Virus record (IMG/VR): IMGVR_UViG_3300021185_002316 | DNA: 30,037 nucleotides | Direction: 5' to 3' (one strand) | Source of the DNA: an uncultured virus (IMG/VR IMGVR_UViG_3300021185_002316) | Lineage: Duplodnaviria; Heunggongvirae; Uroviricota; Caudoviricetes | In this document: positions 1 through 6,371 of the stretch, piece by piece | Layout of the letters: each line of letters begins with the position of its first letter | Position numbering within the stretch: position 1 is the stretch's first letter | Made by a program: the position numbers and the translations under genes | The notes under the pieces: generated by a model | What the model saw: only the letters and a program-made list of their open reading frames with translations | Told to the model about the DNA's origin: nothing | Databases searched by the model: none

Positions 1-1346
1 ACATTAGTACGCAACTTCTTGTGCGTTGGGCAGTCACACTTGCTTTTGTTGACCATGTAAGCACAGTCATCTTCAGCATAGTTATTCCATCCATCTTTGT
101 ACACAAGTTCAGCACAGGTTGAGTGTAAGTCCTGACCTTCTTCTAACGCTTTAATCCACACAGGATCTTGGCTACCAAAAGCTATGACATTCAGTTCTTG
201 GGAAGCATAGTCAGCACTCACAAACGACCATCCATCAGGTGCAATGAAGCAGTTTCTAAACGCATTGTCTGCAGGTATTTGTTGCATATTTGGTCTAGAA
301 CTACTAACACGCCCAGTGTCAAGTATCTGATTAAAGCTAGTATGTATCTTACCACTCTTACGTACATTCTTAAGGAAGGCTTCGCCATAGCTTGTAGCTA
401 TCTTCATCTTTTCCTTGTATGTAATGTAGTCGTTGATAAGAGGAAACTTGTTCCTATATTTATACATACTCTTACTGTTTACATTTTCAAGCTTAGGTAT
501 TAAGCATTGAAACACATCAAGTGTTTGCTTAGGTGAGTCCCAATTGACATCTACTTGTTTTTCAATAGTGTCAAATAAATCGCCTTGCACATACTTAGGT
601 ATAAACTTCTGCATTCTATGGTCTTCCACCACATACTGATTGAGAGTATACTTTAGATTTTCAGCATCATAGTATGATTTCTCACTAAGTTTAACCCATT
701 TCTCTTGGTCAAGATTAAGACCATTGAATTCTATGTCAGCAAATGCTAACACAGACTTATTCTCTAAGTCTACTACATTTTGTAACTTATTTTTAATGAT
801 GAATGATTCTTGTTTATCTTTTATTTGTATAAGATATTTAACATCATCAGCACCATAAACTATTTGGTCACTAGTAAATCTTAGATTATAATTATTTATA
901 AATGAAGATTGAGCTACTTTACTAATCTCTATGTTTAAATGACGCAAAAGCGTATTTTTAAGACTAGCACTTAAACCTTTACCACAATTTATAATTTTCT
1001 CTACAAGCATAGTATCGTAAACGTTGTTACATATAATACCTGAGTGAGAACGAATAAAGTTTATGTCAAATTTAGAGTTATGGAAGATTTTGAGTATCGT
1101 GGGACATTCTAGTATTTGTGTGAATACAGAAATCGGATGAACTCGTAAATCTATTACATATTGATGAATTTCATCACCAATTTGAAACATAGTCATTTGA
1201 TCTGACGTAAAATCGAGACCTGTAGTCTCGGTATCAACAGCTAGAACAGTTTTACTGTTACAATAATTAACAGCATCCTTTAGATTTGCGTGAAAGAAAC
1301 GCTCTTCTGAAGGATGATGTGAATTATCTCCTACGAAATATCTCAT
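1..1346 (-). CDS. polA: DNA polymerase family A (3'-5' exonuclease + polymerase), truncated by window edge
   Basis: Hand translation from ATG 1346 (ATGA overlap with the upstream stop) gives MRYFVGD...LAVDTETTGLD (Exo I), IFHNSKFD (Exo II), YGADDV (Exo III), TGRVSSSRPNMQQIP and motif A VSADYASQELNVIA, then GQDLHS. The frame is open to base 1, so it is absent from the ORF track. Confidence 0.96.
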   Translation of the reverse strand, partial: MRYFVGDNSHHPSEERFFHANLKDAVNYCNSKTVLAVDTETTGLDFTSDQMTMFQIGDEIHQYVIDLRVHPISVFTQILECPTILKIFHNSKFDINFIRSHSGIICNNVYDTMLVEKIINCGKGLSASLKNTLLRHLNIEISKVAQSSFINNYNLRFTSDQIVYGADDVKYLIQIKDKQESFIIKNKLQNVVDLENKSVLAFADIEFNGLNLDQEKWVKLSEKSYYDAENLKYTLNQYVVEDHRMQKFIPKYVQGDLFDTIEKQVDVNWDSPKQTLDVFQCLIPKLENVNSKSMYKYRNKFPLINDYITYKEKMKIATSYGEAFLKNVRKSGKIHTSFNQILDTGRVSSSRPNMQQIPADNAFRNCFIAPDGWSFVSADYASQELNVIAFGSQDPVWIKALEEGQDLHSTCAELVYKDGWNNYAEDDCAYMVNKSKCDCPTHKKLRTN

Positions 1347-1576
1347 TCGAAAGGAACATCAGGCTCTGTTTGATTTTGAATTATATGCTCTTCATATTCA
1401 GGCATACAATGTTTGTCAACATAAGCACATACAAATTTAGCATAGTTTACATCTATTTTGCTTTTGTTGAAATAAAAACTTTGTTTTTTATTTTTAACAG
1501 CTGATGTATAACTAATTTTAAATATTTCATAGCTATTGTCTGCTACCATATGGTAGATCCATTTCATGTGTCCCAT
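1343..1576 (-). CDS. hypothetical protein, 77 aa
   Basis: ORF track; co-oriented and coupled to polA by an ATGA overlap. Confidence 0.8.
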   Translation of the reverse strand: MGHMKWIYHMVADNSYEIFKISYTSAVKNKKQSFYFNKSKIDVNYAKFVCAYVDKHCMPEYEEHIIQNQTEPDVPFE

Positions 1577-1595
1577 AATAGATAGGTATAAAGTA

Positions 1596-1653
1596 TTTGG
1601 GCGTTACCAAACATTAAAATCATTCCACTAATTTGCAATTAGTAACGCCCAAA
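1596..1653. other. 12-bp perfect inverted repeat / intergenic stem-loop
   Basis: TTTGGGCGTTAC (1596-1607) pairs with GTAACGCCCAAA (1642-1653). A second hairpin, ACTAATT/AATTAGT (1627-1643), overlaps the right arm. Confidence 0.6.
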
Positions 1654-1659
1654 ATACTA

Positions 1660-2250
1660 TTATATTAACTCATCCATTGATGTGAATGTTTCTGCCTTTG
1701 CATTAGCTGTTAAGCTAGTTGAGTCAGGACTTAGGAACACATGCATGTCCGAAGTATCTTTGTTAGTCAAAGTTACTTCTGTGTTGCTGAAGATATAATC
1801 TCCATCATGTGTTATATAATCACCATCTTTACCTTTACGTTTAGCAGCACGTTCTAAGTTTGCAGCTTGATATTCAGTAGGTTCAGTTGTTTCATTAACA
1901 AGTATACGTACACGCATATTGTTAATCATTGGATTTAACACATTTAGTTCTAGCATTTCTCGCTTTTCATTGATGTACCAACCTGCATTTGCACCGAAGT
2001 TAATACCAAAGTATTCTTCTGCATCTGTAGGTTCTGCGGACATCCAAGCACGACGAGCGTTAGAACTAAAACGATCATCTGATTTGTTTAACATAGCTAA
2101 AAGATTTACACCTTTATCACTTGTTGATACAACTTCTGCAAATTCTAATTGAATTTTACCACCGTTGATTTTTCTAGCAGATACTAATAAAGTATTGCCT
2201 TTTTCTAAGGTATCTAATGTACCTGTTGCTAATTGATTTGGATTGTTCAT
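1660..2250 (-). CDS. hypothetical replication-module protein, possibly single-stranded DNA-binding protein
   Basis: 196 aa, apparently beta-rich with a flexible acidic/hydrophobic C-terminus (TSMDELI), two genes upstream of polA. The SSB call is inference only. Confidence 0.5.
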   Translation of the reverse strand: MNNPNQLATGTLDTLEKGNTLLVSARKINGGKIQLEFAEVVSTSDKGVNLLAMLNKSDDRFSSNARRAWMSAEPTDAEEYFGINFGANAGWYINEKREMLELNVLNPMINNMRVRILVNETTEPTEYQAANLERAAKRKGKDGDYITHDGDYIFSNTEVTLTNKDTSDMHVFLSPDSTSLTANAKAETFTSMDELI

Positions 2251-2276
2251 GATGTTTTCATGATTATTTAAGTTTA

Positions 2277-2306
2277 TGCTAGTTTCGAAGGTATACTAGC
2301 AACCTT
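2277..2306 (-). promoter_or_regulatory. candidate H-type pseudoknot / switch in the 5' leader of 1660..2250
   Basis: Minus strand reads AAGGT-TGCTAGT-AT-ACCTT-CGAA-ACTAGCA. The stems AAGGT/ACCTT and TGCTAGT/ACTAGCA are interleaved. Confidence 0.5.
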
Positions 2307-2311
2307 TTTAG

Positions 2312-2354
2312 TAAAGCATGTAGGAGTCGAACCTACACTTGTACCATATGCTTT
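2312..2354 (-). ncRNA. tRNA-like minihelix (acceptor stem + T arm only; no D or anticodon arm)
   Basis: Minus strand reads AAAGCAT-ATGGTACAAGT-GTAGG-TTCGACT-CCTAC-ATGCTTT-A: a perfect 7-bp acceptor stem, 5-bp T stem, canonical TTCGA T loop and discriminator base. Confidence 0.7.
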
Positions 2355-2366
2355 TAAATGCTCTAA

Positions 2367-2885
2367 TTAAGAGCACTTAGGTATAAATTTTATATCTATA
2401 ACGTGATTAATGTCTTTTGCTTCGAATAGATTGTTTTTTATGAATTCTTGTATTCTATCTTCACAATATGACATTAGTTCTGCTTCTGATTGTTCAGGAG
2501 GATATTCATCATCCATATTATGCATTTGCTCCAATTCATCAGCTTCTTCTCTAAATATTTGTTCTTGTTGCTCACGTTTAATCTCTTCGACCATTGATAA
2601 TTTACTACTGGAAGATCGAGTGTGCACATCTTCAAGTTCTTTAACACGTTTTTCAGCTTTAACAAGTTCTTTTTGATAAAGTTTAGCAGTTTCATTACCA
2701 TCTGTTTTTTGAAGGTCATAAATAAGCGCATCTTTTTGTAAACTTTCAGTTTCACTTGTTAGTAGTTTTGCTTCAAGTTCTTTGATACGAGTTTCATTTT
2801 TTCTGCGTTCATCACATAACGATGTATTTGCTATGGATAGGTCAACTATTTGTTCAATAAAAAATACTAGATTACTTCTTTTCAT
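2367..2885 (-). CDS. coiled-coil hypothetical protein, 172 aa
   Basis: ORF track; E/K/L-rich heptad-like composition. Confidence 0.85.
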   Translation of the reverse strand: MKRSNLVFFIEQIVDLSIANTSLCDERRKNETRIKELEAKLLTSETESLQKDALIYDLQKTDGNETAKLYQKELVKAEKRVKELEDVHTRSSSSKLSMVEEIKREQQEQIFREEADELEQMHNMDDEYPPEQSEAELMSYCEDRIQEFIKNNLFEAKDINHVIDIKFIPKCS

Positions 2886-3022
2886 GATTTTGTGTCTTTA
2901 GTGTCTGTTTGGTTTTCTTTTTCGTGACATTGTTGACAAGTATGAACCTCATCGCAAGTACACGTTAGCTCAGGACTTATACTATATAAGTCCCAAGCAA
3001 ATTGTGCATCTTCAAAGAACAT
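2882..3022 (-). CDS. small Cys/His-rich protein, 46 aa (not in ORF track)
   Basis: MFFEDAQFAWDLYSISPELTCTCDEVHTCQQCHEKENQTDTKDTKS*. It has a TAATG overlap with the upstream gene and an ATGA overlap with the downstream gene. Confidence 0.75.
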   Translation of the reverse strand: MFFEDAQFAWDLYSISPELTCTCDEVHTCQQCHEKENQTDTKDTKS

Positions 3023-3390
3023 TAGTCTTCTATATCTATTTTACCCACTTTTTTACTATGGGAAGGTTGTATTTTAACTATGTCTTTATCTTTTACACCA
3101 TAAGGCACAATATCATGATAATCTTCTTTTGTAGTAGCGTCTATTGCTCTTTCTACAAATCTAGATTTAGCTCTCTCTATCTTTTGAAGCATATGAGTTA
3201 CGTCTCGTAGGTCTTTATGATCTTGACCTTGTTGGGAAATTACACCTATTAATGTTTTTATATCTTGTCTTAATAGATTGATTATTTCTGCTGGATCATC
3301 GTTAGAATCGAAGCTTTTTTGTGTAAATTCTTGGCTTTTAGAGATTTCTTCTACAATGTTGTGGATTGTTTGGTTTTTAGTTTTTCGCAT
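3022..3390 (-). CDS. hypothetical protein, 122 aa
   Basis: ORF track; fits the tightly packed operon. Confidence 0.8.
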   Translation of the reverse strand: MRKTKNQTIHNIVEEISKSQEFTQKSFDSNDDPAEIINLLRQDIKTLIGVISQQGQDHKDLRDVTHMLQKIERAKSRFVERAIDATTKEDYHDIVPYGVKDKDIVKIQPSHSKKVGKIDIED

Positions 3391-3392
3391 GA

Positions 3393-3563
3393 TTAGTTTT
3401 TGTTATAAAAGTCTGTTAATGTTTGTTTAGTTATTGGATATGTAGTTATTACGTCGTTAACGTGGTCACAATTTGTGCATTCTGCAAGTGTATCATGACC
3501 AACGTGTTCAAGAGTATGACCTTTATTATGGCCACACTCTGAACAGTTTATAGTTGCTATCAT
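3393..3563 (-). CDS. zinc-ribbon protein, 56 aa (not in ORF track)
   Basis: MIATINCSECGH...AECTNCDHVN...: two CxxC pairs; ATGA overlap with the upstream gene. Confidence 0.75.
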   Translation of the reverse strand: MIATINCSECGHNKGHTLEHVGHDTLAECTNCDHVNDVITTYPITKQTLTDFYNKN

Positions 3564-3766
3564 TTAGCATGATGTTTAAGTCTGCTAATTAGTTTATCTA
3601 ATTTAGCTTTCTCTTTTACAGCACCACTAGGATGATTAGTTTGTAAAGCTTGTCTAATTTGAACATAACCTTTAAGGCCATGTTCATTTAGAAAGTCAGT
3701 ACGTAGTTTAGCACGTTCTTGTGCATTTTCTTGTCTAATTGCTTTTTTATACTTTGGATGTGCCAT
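3560..3766 (-). CDS. basic hypothetical protein, 68 aa
   Basis: ORF track; operon packing. Confidence 0.75.
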   Translation of the reverse strand: MAHPKYKKAIRQENAQERAKLRTDFLNEHGLKGYVQIRQALQTNHPSGAVKEKAKLDKLISRLKHHAK

Positions 3767-3768
3767 GA

Positions 3769-4080
3769 TTAGCTGTTTTTTTGTTTATACCATGCTAATT
3801 CTATTACCATAAGAGGCAATACTATTTGACATGATGATGAATAGTTTTTTGTTCTTTCTATTGCTATTGCAAATCCTGCAATCCAACCAAGTGTAAGTGA
3901 ACGTTTGAATTTCCAATTACGTGTTTGTACTAAATAACTAGCATAAGTTATAACAAGCCACATACTCCATAGTAGAGTACATATTAATTTGTCAGTCATT
4001 TCTGCTAAGTGTAGTTTGTCTGTCAACATTATAAGAGAGACAGTTAACAATCCAAGAACAATGTAGTTTAGTCTTTTCAT
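3769..4080 (-). CDS. small membrane protein, 103 aa
   Basis: At least two hydrophobic segments (YIVLGLLTVSLIML; LICTLLWSMWLVITYASYLV). Confidence 0.75.
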   Translation of the reverse strand: MKRLNYIVLGLLTVSLIMLTDKLHLAEMTDKLICTLLWSMWLVITYASYLVQTRNWKFKRSLTLGWIAGFAIAIERTKNYSSSCQIVLPLMVIELAWYKQKNS

Positions 4081-4115
4081 TTTGTTAGTGATTAAGTTAG
4101 AATTAATTAAGATGA

Positions 4116-4394
4116 AACAAACAAGGAGGGGACCTAGTTTTTAGGGTTAATATTATATGCAGCTAGCATGCAAAACCTCAACGATCACGTTTAAAATTAA
4201 ATCTACACGCGTCGTTATTTCTTGTTTGTTATATTAAACTCTCACAAGGTTGCAACCCTTGACTTGTACATTCCGCTATTTAATACTACTCAGAGTATTA
4301 CCTGCAATTGGATGAGAGATATGTTACGCAAACTCCACACCTCAACCTTTGTCCGTAGGATGGTTTTTCATAATTACGAGGTGCTTCTGTTTGC
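4116..4394. ncRNA. candidate structured intergenic RNA (three consecutive nested-stem domains)
   Basis: Stems 4116-4125/4221-4230; 4239-4244/4313-4318 enclosing 4281-4287/4294-4300; 4328-4333/4389-4394 enclosing 4338-4343/4378-4383. Confidence 0.4.
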
Positions 4395-4421
4395 AACCAA
4401 GAGCATTTAGTCCTGGTTAGA

Positions 4422-4652
4422 TTATTTATGTAGTTCAATGTATTTCTTAGCTTCTTTATTAATATCTATGAAATCATTATGATTTAAACCACACATAGAT
4501 AGTTCATTCATTAGTTCCATTTTCTTTCGTTTAAATGGATGTATATGAGCTAGTTTATCTTTTAGTTTTTCTTCTAGGTTTAGTATGCTTACTGTTAAGT
4601 GAAATAAGTCATAGATGTTTGTTCCTTTGTAGGAGATGTAATTGTGTTTCAT
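4422..4652 (-). CDS. hypothetical protein, 76 aa
   Basis: ORF track; ATG start, co-oriented with the early arm. Confidence 0.7.
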   Translation of the reverse strand: MKHNYISYKGTNIYDLFHLTVSILNLEEKLKDKLAHIHPFKRKKMELMNELSMCGLNHNDFIDINKEAKKYIELHK

Positions 4653-4764
4653 AAGCGTTTGTGTTATAGTAGTTTAATGTAGGTTAAATGGTTTAGTTGT
4701 GGTTTTATGGAATATGAGGTGAATGTGCCTTGGGTGACACACTCTCTCACTATTATAAACAAAT

Positions 4765-4788
4765 AAAAAAAAGAGCCTAATGGCTCTT
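4765..4788 (-). terminator. intrinsic terminator after 4788..5090
   Basis: Minus strand AAGAGCC-ATTA-GGCTCTT followed by a U-tract. Confidence 0.75.
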
Positions 4789-5090
4789 TAGAAGAGATGG
4801 TCGTAAGTATTTACGACTTTCTCTAATTCTGAATTGAACTTTTTAAGTTCTGATTCAGTAGGTATACCAGAGGGTTTCATGTAACCCTTGGCGTCCGTTA
4901 TTATACGGACGAATTGACCCACTACATATGTATGGGTCTTTTTGAAGATTAGTAAAGAATCTTCACACTTTGTGCGTGAGCACCTAAAGTGTATTACAAA
5001 GGTGACCTTGGTCTTCTTTGATGGTACTGGTTCTATTGATAGAATCAGACCGTAATGGTGCTTAGGAGCACCTTTCTTTTTGTTTGCCAT
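4788..5090 (-). CDS. basic hypothetical protein, 100 aa (first gene of the leftward arm)
   Basis: ORF track; A-rich leader and its own terminator. Confidence 0.8.
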   Translation of the reverse strand: MANKKKGAPKHHYGLILSIEPVPSKKTKVTFVIHFRCSRTKCEDSLLIFKKTHTYVVGQFVRIITDAKGYMKPSGIPTESELKKFNSELEKVVNTYDHLF

Positions 5091-5247
5091 AGCAAATATA
5101 AATTAAATTAGTGGAACGTTTAACCCCGGGGGGTGGCCAGAGGCCAAAAAATGATGGGGGTTGCTGTTTTAGTTGGTTACCGCATTCAACCCTAAAACAA
5201 ATTTTAAAATTTTTCCCCCAAAAATTTTTTAATCTTACCAGGATATT

Positions 5248-5255
5248 TATCTTTG
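5248..5255 (+). promoter_or_regulatory. Bacteroidota-type sigma70 -7 element
   Basis: TATCTTTG matches TAnnTTTG at the start of the rightward arm. Confidence 0.6.
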
Positions 5256-5369
5256 TAGGGACAAGGAATTTCGCTATCCTATGAGTTTTATAGTAACGGT
5301 TGGCTGGGCAGGTGTCTTCACACTGTGTTTCACCATTGCACTACATTCGAACAGGTACGGAAAAACACT

Positions 5370-5398
5370 AAGACCTCGCTATCAACGGGGTCTTTTTT
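5370..5398 (+). terminator. intrinsic terminator
   Basis: AAGACCTCG-CTATCAA-CGGGGTCTT followed by TTTT. Confidence 0.75.
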
Positions 5399-5419
5399 AA
5401 CCCCTAAATAAAAAAAGTT

Positions 5420-5569
5420 ATGGCATGTAAGTGTGGAAAAAATGAAGAATGTAAATGTATAAAGAGAGATAATAATGCTTTCGAAGACTACATGAAAGAT
5501 TTAACGGAGAAGGATCAACCAGCTTGTTCTATAGAAGATCAAGAAAATTGTGAAAACTGCGGGAGTTAA
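5420..5569 (+). CDS. 49-aa Cys-rich microprotein (not in ORF track)
   Basis: MACKCGKNEECKCIKRDNNAFEDYMKDLTEKDQPACSIEDQENCENCGS*, with an A-rich leader typical of Bacteroidota. Confidence 0.8.
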   Translation: MACKCGKNEECKCIKRDNNAFEDYMKDLTEKDQPACSIEDQENCENCGS

Positions 5570-5580
5570 TAATAATTTAT

Positions 5581-5588
5581 TATATTTG
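5581..5588 (+). promoter_or_regulatory. Bacteroidota-type -7 element
   Basis: TATATTTG directly upstream of the structured non-coding region. Confidence 0.6.
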
Positions 5589-5594
5589 CAAAGA

Positions 5595-5862
5595 AGCACT
5601 CATAGAGTATCACCCCCCAGGTAGCCAATAAGGGGTCAGAAGTTGGATTGTAGGTTCAAATAGAACTAGAGTTTTCTCCAATAGCTTCGAAAAGAGTAAC
5701 GTATAGGCTTTAGTTAGGATAAATTGCACACAGGTAAGTGCGATGAATTAACATCAGTATTATTATCCTTGGGTCCCCATCGGGAGCACTGCTAAACGCT
5801 AAAATCACACTTGAAATCCAAAAACCAAGGGGGATACCTGTGTCTTTTTGGATCCTCTTCAA
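5595..5862 (+). ncRNA. candidate ~270-nt structured RNA
   Basis: GC-enriched interval between two promoters with no ORF in the track, many stems and a 9-nt complementarity (ACACAGGTA 5728-5736 / TACCTGTGT 5835-5843). Confidence 0.55.
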
Positions 5863-5868
5863 ATAAAT

Positions 5869-5900
5869 TTTGTATTGTAGCAAAAACTTTTATATATTTG
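5869..5900 (+). promoter_or_regulatory. Bacteroidota sigma70 promoter (-33 TTTG / -7 TATATTTG) for the late operon
   Basis: TTTG 5869-5872, a 20-nt spacer, TATATTTG 5893-5900; the groES ATG is at 5923. Confidence 0.75.
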
Positions 5901-5922
5901 TGGAAACATAAAACTATATAAG

Positions 5923-6186
5923 ATGGCTTTTAAACCAAACAACGCGTGGGTAGTACTACCTGATCCAACATCCGAAACAACAGAATCTGGAATTATTTTA
6001 GATGAGTCAACAAGAAAATCTAGAGCTACTAATATCTTAAAGGTTATATCTGTTGGTCCTCAATGTAATTTTGTAAAACCTGGGGATATTGCGGTAATAG
6101 ATCCTAGATCAGAAGCAATTCAATTAGATGTTGATGGCAAACCCTGCTTACTAGTTGGTGAACACCAAATTGTTGGGAAACAATGA
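5923..6186 (+). CDS. groES: co-chaperonin GroES (Cpn10)-like
   Basis: FKP...VVL, mobile loop TTESGIIL, VISVGP...VKPGD, and terminal LLVGEHQIVG. Confidence 0.9.
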   Translation: MAFKPNNAWVVLPDPTSETTESGIILDESTRKSRATNILKVISVGPQCNFVKPGDIAVIDPRSEAIQLDVDGKPCLLVGEHQIVGKQ

Positions 6187-6371
6187 TTACTAGTAGTGTA
6201 GAGGTAGACACTCCTTTTGAGTGGATTCAAACTGTACTTAAATTTGAAGAAAAAATAACTGACCTTGATGCTATAGGGATGGTTAAAAGTTGGGGCACTT
6301 TATTAAGTGTGTCTCCTACTGGGTTTATAGTTAGCATTGAAGTCGAAATGGATGAAGACTATGAGCAATAA
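6183..6371 (+). CDS. hypothetical protein, 62 aa
   Basis: ORF track; ATGA overlap with groES. Confidence 0.75.
   Translation: MITSSVEVDTPFEWIQTVLKFEEKITDLDAIGMVKSWGTLLSVSPTGFIVSIEVEMDEDYEQ

Noticed and set aside
2277..2309. preQ1-I riboswitch (superficial AGGTT.CTAG...CCT resemblance)
   Set aside because: It lacks the long A-rich 3' tail, the second stem is fully Watson-Crick, and the downstream gene shows no link to queuosine.
2312..2354. Functional decoding tRNA
   Set aside because: No D arm or anticodon arm; kept only as a tRNA-like element.
168..2755. Track ORFs 168..503, 1286..1504, 1919..2152, 2410..2676 (+) and 2474..2755 (-)
   Set aside because: Antisense or alternate-frame shadows of polA and other well-supported minus-strand genes.
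3004..4410. Plus-strand ORFs 3004..3210 and 4222..4410
   Set aside because: Opposite to the local operon with non-ATG starts; the first overlaps a real gene and the second lies in the structured non-coding region.
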